Shown here in pieces: positions 8,301 to 17,038 of a stretch of DNA of 37,500 nt; within the stretch, counting starts at the first letter, position 1, and each line of letters opens with the position of its first letter. This DNA is from Methanobacteriota archaeon (lineage in GTDB: Archaea; Thermoplasmatota; Poseidoniia; Poseidoniales; Poseidoniaceae): contig JABIYX010000018.1 in NCBI GenBank assembly GCA_018666575.1, positions 1 to 37,500 of the forward strand, in the 5' to 3' direction. The position numbers were made by a program, and so were the translations under genes. The notes under the pieces were generated by a model. The model worked only from the letters and a program-made list of their open reading frames with translations. It had not been told where the DNA came from and ran no database searches.

Positions 8301-11130
8301 TCTCTACGACTCAGACGGTGATAGTTTACCAGATGGTTGGGAAGCAGACAGTCAATGTACATGGTCTCCGCTCCGTGTGGGCGTAAACCCAATGAACGGT
8401 TCGGACGCTTTTGAGAACCCAGACGGTGACGGTTACGACGTCAATAAGAATGGTATTTTGGAACCGAGTGAGATGTTTGTGAACTATCTTGAGTATCATA
8501 TCTCAACCGACCTGTTTTTGAATAATCAAACGCTCTCTGGAATCGAATTACCAAACGGTTTCCAAACAGACTTGTTCAACAACATCAGTGATCTTGGCCT
8601 CCCAGAAGCAAACTTTGCAGAACGAGCGAGTGGTGCAATCCTTGCAGCACAAATCGCTCTTGAAAAGGGTTCATGCGACCCATTTAAGGCTGATACTGAC
8701 GAAGACGGTATGCCAGACGGGTGGGAGATTTGGTTTGCTCGTTGGAACGTACTCGATGACGATTGGACCCTCAACCCAATCCAACCAAGTGACCGATGGC
8801 TCGATGCAGATGATGACGGAATGACAAATTGGGAAGAATATAACTTAATTGACTCCTCCCTTTCTGAAACAAATGCAAATCGTTCGTCTCCGCAGTGGTT
8901 TGTAACAACACTTGGTTCCGCATATGCCTTCCAGCAATGGCCTTCTGCTGCCACAACACAATCTTTTGGAGCATTCATCAGCGAAGACCAATACAACCTT
9001 ACTGGCCCAACTGGTGATCCAAATAATGTCGATACTGACGGAGACGGCATCATTGATGGACTGGAACTCCTCTTTACTGCATGGAATCTCTCGGCTCAAA
9101 CTTGGACGCTAAACCCAGTTGTTTCTGGAGATGGTACATTCGATAGTGATAATGATGGTTTGGTTGATTTGCAAGAGTTTGCACTAGCTACCTCAAACCC
9201 AGAAAACGGTATCTCAGCTCCAGTTGATGCACCTTTGATGCATCTTGATGGGGATGTTCAACAACCGACAAAGAAAGCACAACGTGTGTTCCAAATACTG
9301 ATTTCAAAGGATTCTCGCGGCAAGCGCCTTCTCGACGATTTCAATGCTTGGCAGTCTGGAGAGCCTCCAAACGTATTCATATCCCTCTTGCTCGGAATGA
9401 CCGATCCAACAAATCCAGATACAGATGACGACGGCATGTATGATGGATTTGAATACTGGTTCACATCATGGGATTTGGATGAAAATCGTTGGGGCTTAAA
9501 TCCGCTCATTGAAACTGATGTGAACCTCGATTCTGATGACGATAGCTATGATTGTAACAGGGACGGAACCATCGACCTTGACGAACGTTTCTCGAACTTG
9601 CGGGAATGGGAATCACGTACATGGGGTAAATACCTCAATCGAAGTTCTGTACCTGCATCTGTTGGAATTGTAGACTTTGGTGAAGATGCTATGAATGCAT
9701 ACGCTGAGGAACAGGGCCTTACTCTACTTCAGGCACGACAATCCCTTATTGATGATTTCAAGGCCAAAGGGCCAGAATCGGTAAGCCGAATGAATATGAT
9801 CAACACATACAATGAGAACAACTTCAATCGAACTCTTGTCGGTGTTGCGGACCCTACTCACCCTGATTCAGATTCAGATGGGATACCTGATGGCTGGGAA
9901 TATTGTTACGCACTCTATGGCATGGATAATCCAACTACAGAGGACCATTGGGCTTCAAACCCATTGAATCCTTGGGATGTTAACTATGACGGAGATTCAG
10001 ATGGGTGGTATGGCCGTACTGCTTTCGATGTACCTGCGACTCAAGGTGAATGGGAGCTGCGAACATTTACGCCTTCTTCTCAAGTCATACAACCAGGTAT
10101 CGGCTCTCTTCCGTTTACAAATTGGATGGAATGGGATAACGAAACTCGGCCTGACCTCAATGATAGCGATGGTGATTCAGAAGCGTATGTGACAACACTT
10201 AGCAATGGTCAGGTAATTGAACACTACAAAGATTTCAACCTTACAGACGGTCGTGAGGTCTTCAAATACGGTACTAATCCAGACGATAATGATACTGACG
10301 GCGATATGATCCCTGATTGGTACGAATACGCCAAGGCATGGAATGAAACGAATGATAACTATTCGTCATATCTTCAAATAAGAGTTGTCTGGATCGATCC
10401 TGCTACTGGTGGAGCGTGTGATACATCGACGAATTCTTGCCTCCCTCTATCTCTTGATGCAGGAACATTGCAACGGCCAGATCTTGATTTCACATGGTTT
10501 ACGATGGATCCGCGTGATGCAGTTGATGCGAACTTTGATCCAGACCAAGACGGGAATTGGGATTGTTCCGGAGCTGGATGCGCATACGAACCTTACACGA
10601 ATTTCCAAGAGTATTTTGCAATTACCACAGAGTCTCTTTCTAGCCCGAATGCAGTCCGATTATCTGGTTTAACATTCGAAGGTCAAATTGTCCAGGAAGG
10701 TTGGCAACTTCGTTCGGTTTTGCTTGGTGTAGGCCAATGGGACGAAGGAGTGAGAAATTACCTCAAGATGGATAAATCTCAGAGCAATGATTTCAGATAT
10801 GCATATCTTGTTGATGACAATGACGTTGAATTCCTTGTTCAGGATTCTACGAATCATGTTGTTCATTGTGCAGGAAACCTGACGGATTCTTGGGAGATCT
10901 ATTACACAGGGGCACCGAACACAGCTCCAGTACGTTCCGTAGGAGAGCACGAGTATGGTTGGTACCTTTTGGATTACAATAATGATCACGTTGCAGAAGG
11001 AACCGACCCTATGAAATGGGATACGGATGGTGATTGGATGGTGGACTGGTTCGAAGTTAATGACGACGAACAGGACGGAAGCCGGGGTGAAAGTTCCCCA
11101 ATCCGGTATGATTCACGTCAAACAACTTAG
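5389..11130 (+). CDS. Giant (1913 aa) secreted, highly acidic Ca-binding protein: TSP3 repeat arrays flanking a putative beta-propeller
   Basis: TTG start 5389 lies 5 nt after SD AGGTG (5379-5383). N-terminal signal or anchor is LLSTLAVIAGLLFMSQF. I count about 25 D-x-D-x-D-G-x-x-D-x-x-E motifs by eye, several degenerate (DTDGDGIPDVHE, DTDGDGMPDGFE, DSDSDGIPDGWE, DTDEDGMPDGWE and others). The central region carries G-[TS]-x-x-G-L blade motifs. No C-terminal TM segment. Confidence 0.85.
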   Translation: MRRSQTTLLSTLAVIAGLLFMSQFPTISPVSNIYPDDTTGEKPPTTDTDGDGIPDVHENIFEEWLNFSAVDGRFISMEGMDKDDASDANFDTDRDGLNNTEEYCWPYPANCNDPGFSRGLTGLLDENGDRLYLDPRVSDTDGDGMPDGFEAAMCARAGGFDIVTLRYICPYFDPLNGSDLTDDPDEDGFDVNRDGFISVAEQYTSPEEYRYGSPSNFTTELDGLWCAATLPQGAVITQWPYINTGINASFQNILPACTTNATSVGGEDLWLGTDPLLEDSDRYSWDGFSVRPLYPSFGDGMPDGWEVHFGLDPLNRSNALLDIDLDGWDVNRDGVVSVDVSRTETALALGESLSNLEEFYIHNDEGNTVMSGLKEVQIGLNDSSYFSYPLTFNAVEDSMAIMHHDVRSILVEDSTTYVLTRYGMTVLDYELGITQDYWFPQGFTGYEAIFVESDSGPHSLAIATSHGMHVAAIQVDGFLEPIDSWSSSEAIPLFALAQLAIDGSSQQIIALGANGDGAVYEVTTGGLISQTFDLGINLKASLSESQVTVTELTHGTVPGGGLVLYVGTERGLMTLESATGRDEATPSWRFFFDPNPSLIPNRIDDLRTLNLGASGNPAEVQALYLDGPNEQNPTVLWIGTPSGLHRLNLEINDMTFGGLLEHPGGDADELSKTNNIHSILPTGDEIIVGSSAGLWILAGNHLDVYGLQTQSKLPGELAALATLEKNGETYILAGAAPGRYANLELIDPGANDSDSDGIPDGWEIAYGLDPTDPWDALLDGDVDGLDLNQDGSLDRLWTNLEEYRFIARSEDGYNSTLPNQSDSDLDGLLDGSEYFGYFLEETNFDCYYNPQLIYSCDETLGEQARTLYTASNALDIGTDPTVLDTDGDGMPDGWEIEHRRWIGNSYNGGNNWSLDPTRSEDAGWDADQDGLANVCEYQWSLVRLAGLAGDLFEDYGESPESVATWSIPDPNLYDSDGDSLPDGWEADSQCTWSPLRVGVNPMNGSDAFENPDGDGYDVNKNGILEPSEMFVNYLEYHISTDLFLNNQTLSGIELPNGFQTDLFNNISDLGLPEANFAERASGAILAAQIALEKGSCDPFKADTDEDGMPDGWEIWFARWNVLDDDWTLNPIQPSDRWLDADDDGMTNWEEYNLIDSSLSETNANRSSPQWFVTTLGSAYAFQQWPSAATTQSFGAFISEDQYNLTGPTGDPNNVDTDGDGIIDGLELLFTAWNLSAQTWTLNPVVSGDGTFDSDNDGLVDLQEFALATSNPENGISAPVDAPLMHLDGDVQQPTKKAQRVFQILISKDSRGKRLLDDFNAWQSGEPPNVFISLLLGMTDPTNPDTDDDGMYDGFEYWFTSWDLDENRWGLNPLIETDVNLDSDDDSYDCNRDGTIDLDERFSNLREWESRTWGKYLNRSSVPASVGIVDFGEDAMNAYAEEQGLTLLQARQSLIDDFKAKGPESVSRMNMINTYNENNFNRTLVGVADPTHPDSDSDGIPDGWEYCYALYGMDNPTTEDHWASNPLNPWDVNYDGDSDGWYGRTAFDVPATQGEWELRTFTPSSQVIQPGIGSLPFTNWMEWDNETRPDLNDSDGDSEAYVTTLSNGQVIEHYKDFNLTDGREVFKYGTNPDDNDTDGDMIPDWYEYAKAWNETNDNYSSYLQIRVVWIDPATGGACDTSTNSCLPLSLDAGTLQRPDLDFTWFTMDPRDAVDANFDPDQDGNWDCSGAGCAYEPYTNFQEYFAITTESLSSPNAVRLSGLTFEGQIVQEGWQLRSVLLGVGQWDEGVRNYLKMDKSQSNDFRYAYLVDDNDVEFLVQDSTNHVVHCAGNLTDSWEIYYTGAPNTAPVRSVGEHEYGWYLLDYNNDHVAEGTDPMKWDTDGDWMVDWFEVNDDEQDGSRGESSPIRYDSRQTT
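5527..6405 (+). repeat. N-terminal array of thrombospondin type-3-like Ca-binding repeats (protein-level repeat)
   Basis: DTDGDGIPD, DTDRDGLNN, DTDGDGMPD, DPDEDGFDVNRDG, GDGMPDGWE and DIDLDGWDVNRDG motifs read in the translated frame. Confidence 0.7.
6640..7620 (+). other. Putative beta-propeller domain (two-component-regulator-propeller/Reg_prop-like blades) inside the giant protein
   Basis: Recurrent motifs IATSHGMHVAAI, VLYVGTERGLMTLES, VLWIGTPSGLHRLNL, IIVGSSAGLWILAG and LAGAAPGRYANLE resemble the lWIGTxxGLxr signature of PF07494-type propeller blades. No profile search was possible. Confidence 0.4.
7639..11055 (+). repeat. C-terminal array of bipartite TSP3-like modules
   Basis: The repeated module is [D-x-D-x-DG-(I/M)PDGWE]-[W-rich linker ..W.LNP..]-[D-x-D-x-DG....EY]. 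Examples are DTDEDGMPDGWEIWFARWNVLDDDWTLNPIQPSDRWLDADDDGMTNWEEY and DTDGDGIIDGLELLFTAWNLSAQTWTLNPVVSGDGTFDSDNDGLVDLQEF. The last motif is DTDGDWMVDWFE. Confidence 0.7.
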
Positions 11131-11179
11131 TGACACGGAATGGAACGCTTGATAATCTTCCAAGTTCTGCATGTAACCG

Positions 11180-14100
11180 ATGAGTGCGAACTTTGTCTCC
11201 CGGCGAACCGTAGCGGCCCTGCTTCTTTCTCTATTTATGGGGATGAGCATGTCTCCATTCAGTGAACTCTGGATTGAAAATGCTGAAGCTGCTGAAGTGT
11301 CACGTCACACATACGAATTTAGTGATGGTACCACGGAATATATCGCTCTCTATCAAGGTGGTAATGCGGATAGTGGAGCGAAAATTTCTCTTCCAAAAGG
11401 TGCTGAAGTAACCGACGTGCAAATGACACTTTCAGGGGCATCTGCCACGGGTTGGTCATCAATTCCAACAACAACTCGGGATCATTGGGTTGCTGGAGAA
11501 GCATCCAATACGGACAATAAGAGCTCAGACCTGACCCTGGCTATGGCAAATGTTAGTCAATCATTCAATCCACACAGCATGGATGAAGATACCAATCCAT
11601 CAAGCACTGCTTGGTTAGATAACGGTACCTATGCAGTTCGACAACCTCACACATCAAACTCCACTGATGCTCTCTTTTCTCAACAGCGCAAGTTGACGCC
11701 TAACTCCTTGAACGCACAAGGGCAAGGCGCTGTTCTTCGTCATCACGATTGGTTGTATCTTTCAACATGGTCTTCTACTTCATTCCACAACATTGTCCAC
11801 CGGTTGTATCCTAACAACGGTACGCGAGAGAGCATCATTACGCTAGATCAAAATGGATGCACCCTCCCTTCAAAGCACTCCTCCTCCTATTATGGCCAAT
11901 ACGGTTTTAGAGATTGGGTCGTAACCGATGATGAACGACTCTTTGCTGTTCTATCAGGGTACAAATACATCCACAGTTCAACAGCTAATACGCTTTATCA
12001 CCGTGTTCTAGAGTTTGATATTTCCAATGAAAATGAATGGACCTGCATAAATTCATACCAACCGCAAGGTAATGGAGATTATACTGGAATCACCTATGAT
12101 CCTGTTGAAGATAAAATTTGGATTTTACACAACCAAAATCGGCGAATACAATCCTATGAACTCGACGATAGCGGGAATCTTGAACGTAGTGATGAGCACT
12201 TTACCTTCCAAACTTCCACCTCTTCAATATGGCAGTGTGGTGTAAGCAATCAACAAGCACGTGGTTTGGAAATGAATGAAACACATTTCTTCATGCGATG
12301 TCAAGACGGTCAATATTACAATGACAGAGATCAACTCGAAGCATGGGGCCGTTCTGGAACTGCAACTGCTTTGATTCCTGAGAACTCTGTTCGAAGTATC
12401 TCCTCTCTTGGCTATGGCCTCTTTTACGATGGGCAGCGATTCTTAACTGTGGATTCAGGATATTCCACATGGTCTAGTACACCTTCATATCACGAATTTG
12501 GTACGAGTTGGACATACAAAACTACGCCTGCGCCAGGGACAACCACATGGCTTGGACCTGTTATCGACACCCCCGAAGACGTTTTGTCAGTGAATATGGA
12601 AACTCTATGGTCAGCTGCTTCAATTGGTGACCGTGTTGACTATTGGGTTTCTGCAGACAATGGTACTCATTGGGTTGCTGTCGAATCCAATACAACAGTT
12701 CATTTCCAGCATCCTGGAACAGAACTCGTTTGGAAAGCAACACTTATTGGTTCAACCGCAGTTTCATGGTGGGTCGATTTAGAATACTCGACTGAATATG
12801 AAACAAGCGGGACGTGGATTTCTCCTCCGAAGCCTACTGGGACGAAGGTTGGCAAAGTCCGTCCTCAATGGACAGCCTCTCAAACTCCAGTAACGTCCAT
12901 CACCGTTCAAGTTTCAAATGACGATGGAACCACATGGCAATCTGCAGAGAACATGGTGGAGACAAGTTTCTCAACGGATGGAGCAGGTAACATACTGCGC
13001 TATGCCGTATCAATGACGACAACAGATCCTTACATTACACCTGTTTTAGACAATCTAGAACTTTTCTACGAGGAAGGTTATCCTGACAAACCAAAAATTG
13101 ACGTTGGATACGATGGCGTCTTCGATTGGAAGAGTATTCTTTTCCTCAATGAATCCTCAATCGATGTAAGCGATGATTCGGTTGTTGGCGTGGATGTTGA
13201 ATTCCAACCTACGCTTGTTGATGCGTTCAATGATTTCATACCAGACAACGGTGATGGGTTTGTCGAAGTACCACTTGCAATTAAAGCTCAAACTTCTGGG
13301 CGTGTGAAAATTACAAACATCGATGTGTCCTACAAGATGAATACACATGCAATCAATGCAGTTTTCGAAGGTGCCATGGCTGCACCTGACGGGATTGCAC
13401 GAAATATGATCATCAAAGTAGCACACGGTGATGAGGTAAATTACGTGACTGAAGTAATTGCTGAACTCAACAATTCAAATGGTCAAAACCCATCTTTCAA
13501 ATGGGCTCAAGGCGACACTTGTTCAACTCTGGATGACGCTGATGGAATCGTACATTTTGATGTCTCAAATTGTTCATCTTCAATTGATAATAATGATGTT
13601 CGAACCATTCGAATCCCAGTTACTGTTGACTGGTCTTGGGATGATGAACAATCAACTGAGGCTATTTTGACAGTCAAAGATTCCTTTGGTACAGCGGTTA
13701 ATAAATGGGATACAGAGAACATGAAACTTCGTGTTGAAAACGATATCCAACTCGATGGATTACAAGTCTTCGACGAAGATGGGCGGCAATTGTTTACTCA
13801 AGATTGGGTGCGTGGAGGGCAAAATATTTCCTTCCTTGGATTAATCCATTTTGAATCCTCTCAACTTTCACCATTGGCAGGCGAGTTTGAACTCCGTGTC
13901 CTTGGACAAAATGTGACTTTCGATGGTGATGCGATCGGACAACCAGTCATTCTTGCTCAGGAATCGAATCCAAGTTTTGGGTCTTACAATTTGACCTTTG
14001 AATCACCAATTGAATCTGCACCGGGCGGGATGATTTTCTATGTTCAAGCCGTTAATCTTCCAAATGGATCCGATTACTCAAATCCTGGATACAACACGAT

Positions 14101-16564
14101 CCGTCTGATTCTTGATGGAAATTCTCCTTTGGTTGTTGGCACAACTCCGTTTGATGGACAAGAGCGCCATATTGGACCTCCTGCTCCTGGTGGGCAGAGT
14201 GTTACAGTTAACATTCAAGACAGCGTTGACCCTCCAACACAAATAACGCTCCATTACTGGATTGGATGTAAATCAACAGTTTCTTTGGGTTGCCATGATT
14301 TCAACTTTGATGGATTGCCCCAAGAAGATGAATACACAGAGAAGACGTTTTCATCTCCTGAAACCATCGCTGGTGGGCTGAATATTTTTAACGGTCTCAT
14401 TGATGATTCAATGTTAACACATGGTCAACAAGTTTCATTCTTCGTCACTGGTAAGGATGGGCAAAATAACCAGGTTGCTATGGGAGGCGGTCCTGTCTGC
14501 CCACCTTCTCCTCAAATCTGTGGCTACGCTCCAGGCCAAGTAATGCCTAGTTGGGATGCAGACCTGGCCACTTACAAAATACGTCAAGAATTCGAACCTG
14601 AAGTCGATTTGACCAATTCAAGTATTGTTGGTCATGATGATGAAGATCCACTCCATCCTGGTATTATGTACACTGCACAAGTTGTTCTTTCAGATCGCAA
14701 CGGCTGGGACGATATTCAATTTGTTCAATTTGCATTAGGACAAGACATCAGCGATGACGACACATCAATCTTCATCCAACTCCAAGAAGATGAAAATGGA
14801 ATGCCAAAGGCTCACCTTGAATCAGGTGGTGAATTCATTGCTGTATCGAATTTGTACTCAGAAATCTCGACCTTTGAAGGAAACGCAAGTCAACTATTGA
14901 TACGTGCGAGATTCCAATTGACTTGGTCTTTCCCTGAATCCTTTGATACCAATGGAGAGACACTTTTCGTTCCTGTGCTACGCGTTACCGATAAACCGTG
15001 TAATGACGGTGAAGAAACGCCTTGTTTCACTCAAATTTCAGGTCTCGGCAATGACGCCTGGAGTCTTGATAATGATTTCAGATTTGATACTGAAGCAGGG
15101 CACATCAAAGCAGTAGAACTCCGTGATGGAACCAACCATTACAACGATGAAGTCGAAGAAACTCTGATTGGGTCCGGACAGGCTTTACGTGTTTCAGGAC
15201 GTGTTTTGTTTAGTGAAGACGAGACTCCAGCACCTCCTGGTGCATTCGATGTAGTCTTTGGAGACTTCGACCATTCATGGAAGACTTCGCCCCGTTCGAA
15301 TGGTGAATTTAGTCTCGATCTCTTGGTGCCTCCTGTGAATAGTGGTCATCTTGACCTTCGATTACAACTTGCTGATCTACCTGGGCTGGCCATGGATGAA
15401 ACAGACCCATTGCCACGTGTTAGATTGGCTGTTGATAGTTCGAACCCGACAATTCAGACAGTCATGATAAACGAGGTTCCTGCAGGTTCACCGATATCCA
15501 TCGGTGAAGCAGACTCTCTGCTTGTAATGCTTGAAACAGTTGATGATAACGGATTTGATTTCGATAGGCCAGCAGTTCTTCACTACAGAATACGTGCTGG
15601 TGAAGCTGAGATCTCGAGGGGAGCGTCCGCTCTTCCAGAAACCCTTCCATTCGGAGATCAATTCTTCTGGACTGGAAACATTGACCTCACCGACATGGGT
15701 GCTACAACGCTCTTACCATCGTATGTCGTTGATATCTGGGTTTCAGGTTCTGATGCGTCTGGAAATCCATTTGAAACTCTAAACAATAACATAGATGATC
15801 CATTTGCATCATGGCCTCTAGCTCTCCTTGGACCAAGTGTTTCGTTCGATAACGAAGGAACGTCGATCCAATGGAGTAATCCAAGCCCAGTGCAAGGTTC
15901 ATCTTCTGAACTCGACATCATTGTCGCTAACGAAGGTGGTAAAGGTGAACTTTCGTTCATTCTCCAACGACTTGTTGAAGGTGGAAACTGGAACGCAGAA
16001 TCCAACACAACAATTCCTGTTGCTGCAGGACTTAGTGCCTCCGTTTCCTTGCCTGTGATAGCAGAAGTCGCTCCTGGAGAATCACAAGAATACCGTTTAC
16101 TTGTCACAGTTGATGGAGTCGAAATGGATCGAATGACCGTTGATCCATTGATTGTCAAGAAGGATACTGTTCGAGATGGTGATGCTTTAGCAGAGCAAGC
16201 TGGTGAGAGTCAGTTTGCAATCTTCATGTACATCGTTGCCATTGGTTCTCTATCCGCTTTCTTGTGGATGCTTGTCATGTATCGTAAGATGAAATACGGA
16301 GATGAGGAATTTGAATCTGATCAAACAGATGTTGTTGTCGAAGAGATGGAAATGAAGATTGTACCTCAAATTGCGATTCCTCCTGTTCCACAACCAATTC
16401 CACAGCCGACTGCAACAGTTCCAACACCGAATTCAGCGGGTGCAACTAATGGTGATGACAATCGCGGTATTGCCCCTCTCCCGCCAACTGGTTTGCCTGC
16501 TGGATGGACGCAAGAGCAGTGGAATCATTTCGGATGGCAATATGTCGATTCACTCACAAAGTGA
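11180..16564 (+). CDS. Giant (1794 aa) type-I membrane-anchored surface protein with Asp-box motifs and a Pro/Trp-rich cytoplasmic tail
   Basis: Signal peptide is RRTVAALLLSLFMGMSMSPFSELWIENAEA. Two S-x-D-x-G-x-[TH]-W Asp-box/BNR-like motifs: SADNGTHW (12650-12673) and SNDDGTTW (12914-12937). A CARDB-like strand (LDIIVANEGGKGELSF) sits near the C-terminus. A single TM (FAIFMYIVAIGSLSAFLWMLVMY, about 16214-16282) is followed by RKMK and a roughly 95-aa tail (IPPVPQPIPQP...LPAGWTQEQWNHFGWQY). It starts 49 nt after the preceding giant gene. Confidence 0.8.
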   Translation: MSANFVSRRTVAALLLSLFMGMSMSPFSELWIENAEAAEVSRHTYEFSDGTTEYIALYQGGNADSGAKISLPKGAEVTDVQMTLSGASATGWSSIPTTTRDHWVAGEASNTDNKSSDLTLAMANVSQSFNPHSMDEDTNPSSTAWLDNGTYAVRQPHTSNSTDALFSQQRKLTPNSLNAQGQGAVLRHHDWLYLSTWSSTSFHNIVHRLYPNNGTRESIITLDQNGCTLPSKHSSSYYGQYGFRDWVVTDDERLFAVLSGYKYIHSSTANTLYHRVLEFDISNENEWTCINSYQPQGNGDYTGITYDPVEDKIWILHNQNRRIQSYELDDSGNLERSDEHFTFQTSTSSIWQCGVSNQQARGLEMNETHFFMRCQDGQYYNDRDQLEAWGRSGTATALIPENSVRSISSLGYGLFYDGQRFLTVDSGYSTWSSTPSYHEFGTSWTYKTTPAPGTTTWLGPVIDTPEDVLSVNMETLWSAASIGDRVDYWVSADNGTHWVAVESNTTVHFQHPGTELVWKATLIGSTAVSWWVDLEYSTEYETSGTWISPPKPTGTKVGKVRPQWTASQTPVTSITVQVSNDDGTTWQSAENMVETSFSTDGAGNILRYAVSMTTTDPYITPVLDNLELFYEEGYPDKPKIDVGYDGVFDWKSILFLNESSIDVSDDSVVGVDVEFQPTLVDAFNDFIPDNGDGFVEVPLAIKAQTSGRVKITNIDVSYKMNTHAINAVFEGAMAAPDGIARNMIIKVAHGDEVNYVTEVIAELNNSNGQNPSFKWAQGDTCSTLDDADGIVHFDVSNCSSSIDNNDVRTIRIPVTVDWSWDDEQSTEAILTVKDSFGTAVNKWDTENMKLRVENDIQLDGLQVFDEDGRQLFTQDWVRGGQNISFLGLIHFESSQLSPLAGEFELRVLGQNVTFDGDAIGQPVILAQESNPSFGSYNLTFESPIESAPGGMIFYVQAVNLPNGSDYSNPGYNTIRLILDGNSPLVVGTTPFDGQERHIGPPAPGGQSVTVNIQDSVDPPTQITLHYWIGCKSTVSLGCHDFNFDGLPQEDEYTEKTFSSPETIAGGLNIFNGLIDDSMLTHGQQVSFFVTGKDGQNNQVAMGGGPVCPPSPQICGYAPGQVMPSWDADLATYKIRQEFEPEVDLTNSSIVGHDDEDPLHPGIMYTAQVVLSDRNGWDDIQFVQFALGQDISDDDTSIFIQLQEDENGMPKAHLESGGEFIAVSNLYSEISTFEGNASQLLIRARFQLTWSFPESFDTNGETLFVPVLRVTDKPCNDGEETPCFTQISGLGNDAWSLDNDFRFDTEAGHIKAVELRDGTNHYNDEVEETLIGSGQALRVSGRVLFSEDETPAPPGAFDVVFGDFDHSWKTSPRSNGEFSLDLLVPPVNSGHLDLRLQLADLPGLAMDETDPLPRVRLAVDSSNPTIQTVMINEVPAGSPISIGEADSLLVMLETVDDNGFDFDRPAVLHYRIRAGEAEISRGASALPETLPFGDQFFWTGNIDLTDMGATTLLPSYVVDIWVSGSDASGNPFETLNNNIDDPFASWPLALLGPSVSFDNEGTSIQWSNPSPVQGSSSELDIIVANEGGKGELSFILQRLVEGGNWNAESNTTIPVAAGLSASVSLPVIAEVAPGESQEYRLLVTVDGVEMDRMTVDPLIVKKDTVRDGDALAEQAGESQFAIFMYIVAIGSLSAFLWMLVMYRKMKYGDEEFESDQTDVVVEEMEMKIVPQIAIPPVPQPIPQPTATVPTPNSAGATNGDDNRGIAPLPPTGLPAGWTQEQWNHFGWQYVDSLTK

Positions 16565-16573
16565 GGCATTAGT

Positions 16574-17014
16574 ATGTCAGAATCGGATGCCATGGTGACG
16601 CTGCAAGAGCGTATGGTGAATTTAATTGGACAACTCACAATGCCTGTAGTTGAAGTTGCTCTTGTTCTACAGCATCACATTCATGGAATGATGGCTTCAT
16701 TAACGGAACATGCGACTCAAACTGGAGGGAAAATCAATCAGAGGGTTGCTAATGCTTGGCCAATCGTTTCTCCTGATGATAGCATCGACTCACAAATCTC
16801 ATTTGACGTTGAGAAAGTTCTGAAAATTGTTGATCAAGATCGAATGGATATTTTGTCGACACTTATACGAGTTACACTTATCGAAACTGAAATGAATCTT
16901 ATTGAAGGAATACTTGCTTTACGATCTTGGGAACAATTGGTTCGTCAGCAACTTGCAGATGCCAATGGGCCTGGCCAACTCTTCTCTCCAATCGATTTGC
17001 CAGAGGAATGGTGA
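16574..17014 (+). CDS. Hypothetical small acidic cytoplasmic protein (146 aa)
   Basis: ATG lies 9 nt after the stop of the upstream gene and is preceded by GTGAGG (SD-like). No signal peptide or TM segment. Predicted helical with no recognisable motif. Its position indicates co-transcription with the giant genes. Confidence 0.55.
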   Translation: MSESDAMVTLQERMVNLIGQLTMPVVEVALVLQHHIHGMMASLTEHATQTGGKINQRVANAWPIVSPDDSIDSQISFDVEKVLKIVDQDRMDILSTLIRVTLIETEMNLIEGILALRSWEQLVRQQLADANGPGQLFSPIDLPEEW

Positions 17015-17038
17015 TTTAGTGATATTCAAAAATAACCT

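Noticed and set aside
7639-11055. Recurring nucleotide strings such as gatggtatgccagatggttgggag, considered as a possible CRISPR, mobile or tandem DNA repeat.
   Set aside because: The repeats are in-frame, irregularly spaced and diverged at synonymous positions. They encode the DGMPDGWE protein motif. This is protein-level repetition, not a DNA element.
16480-16561. LPAGWTQEQWNHFGWQY at the tail of giant 2 and WVHHTDGYHYKKNADGTF in the small protein at 36540-36866, considered as WW-domain- or DUF2510-like motifs.
   Set aside because: The resemblance covers a few residues only, and neither segment is long enough for a complete domain. It is kept as a descriptive note in the giant-2 finding, not as a domain call.
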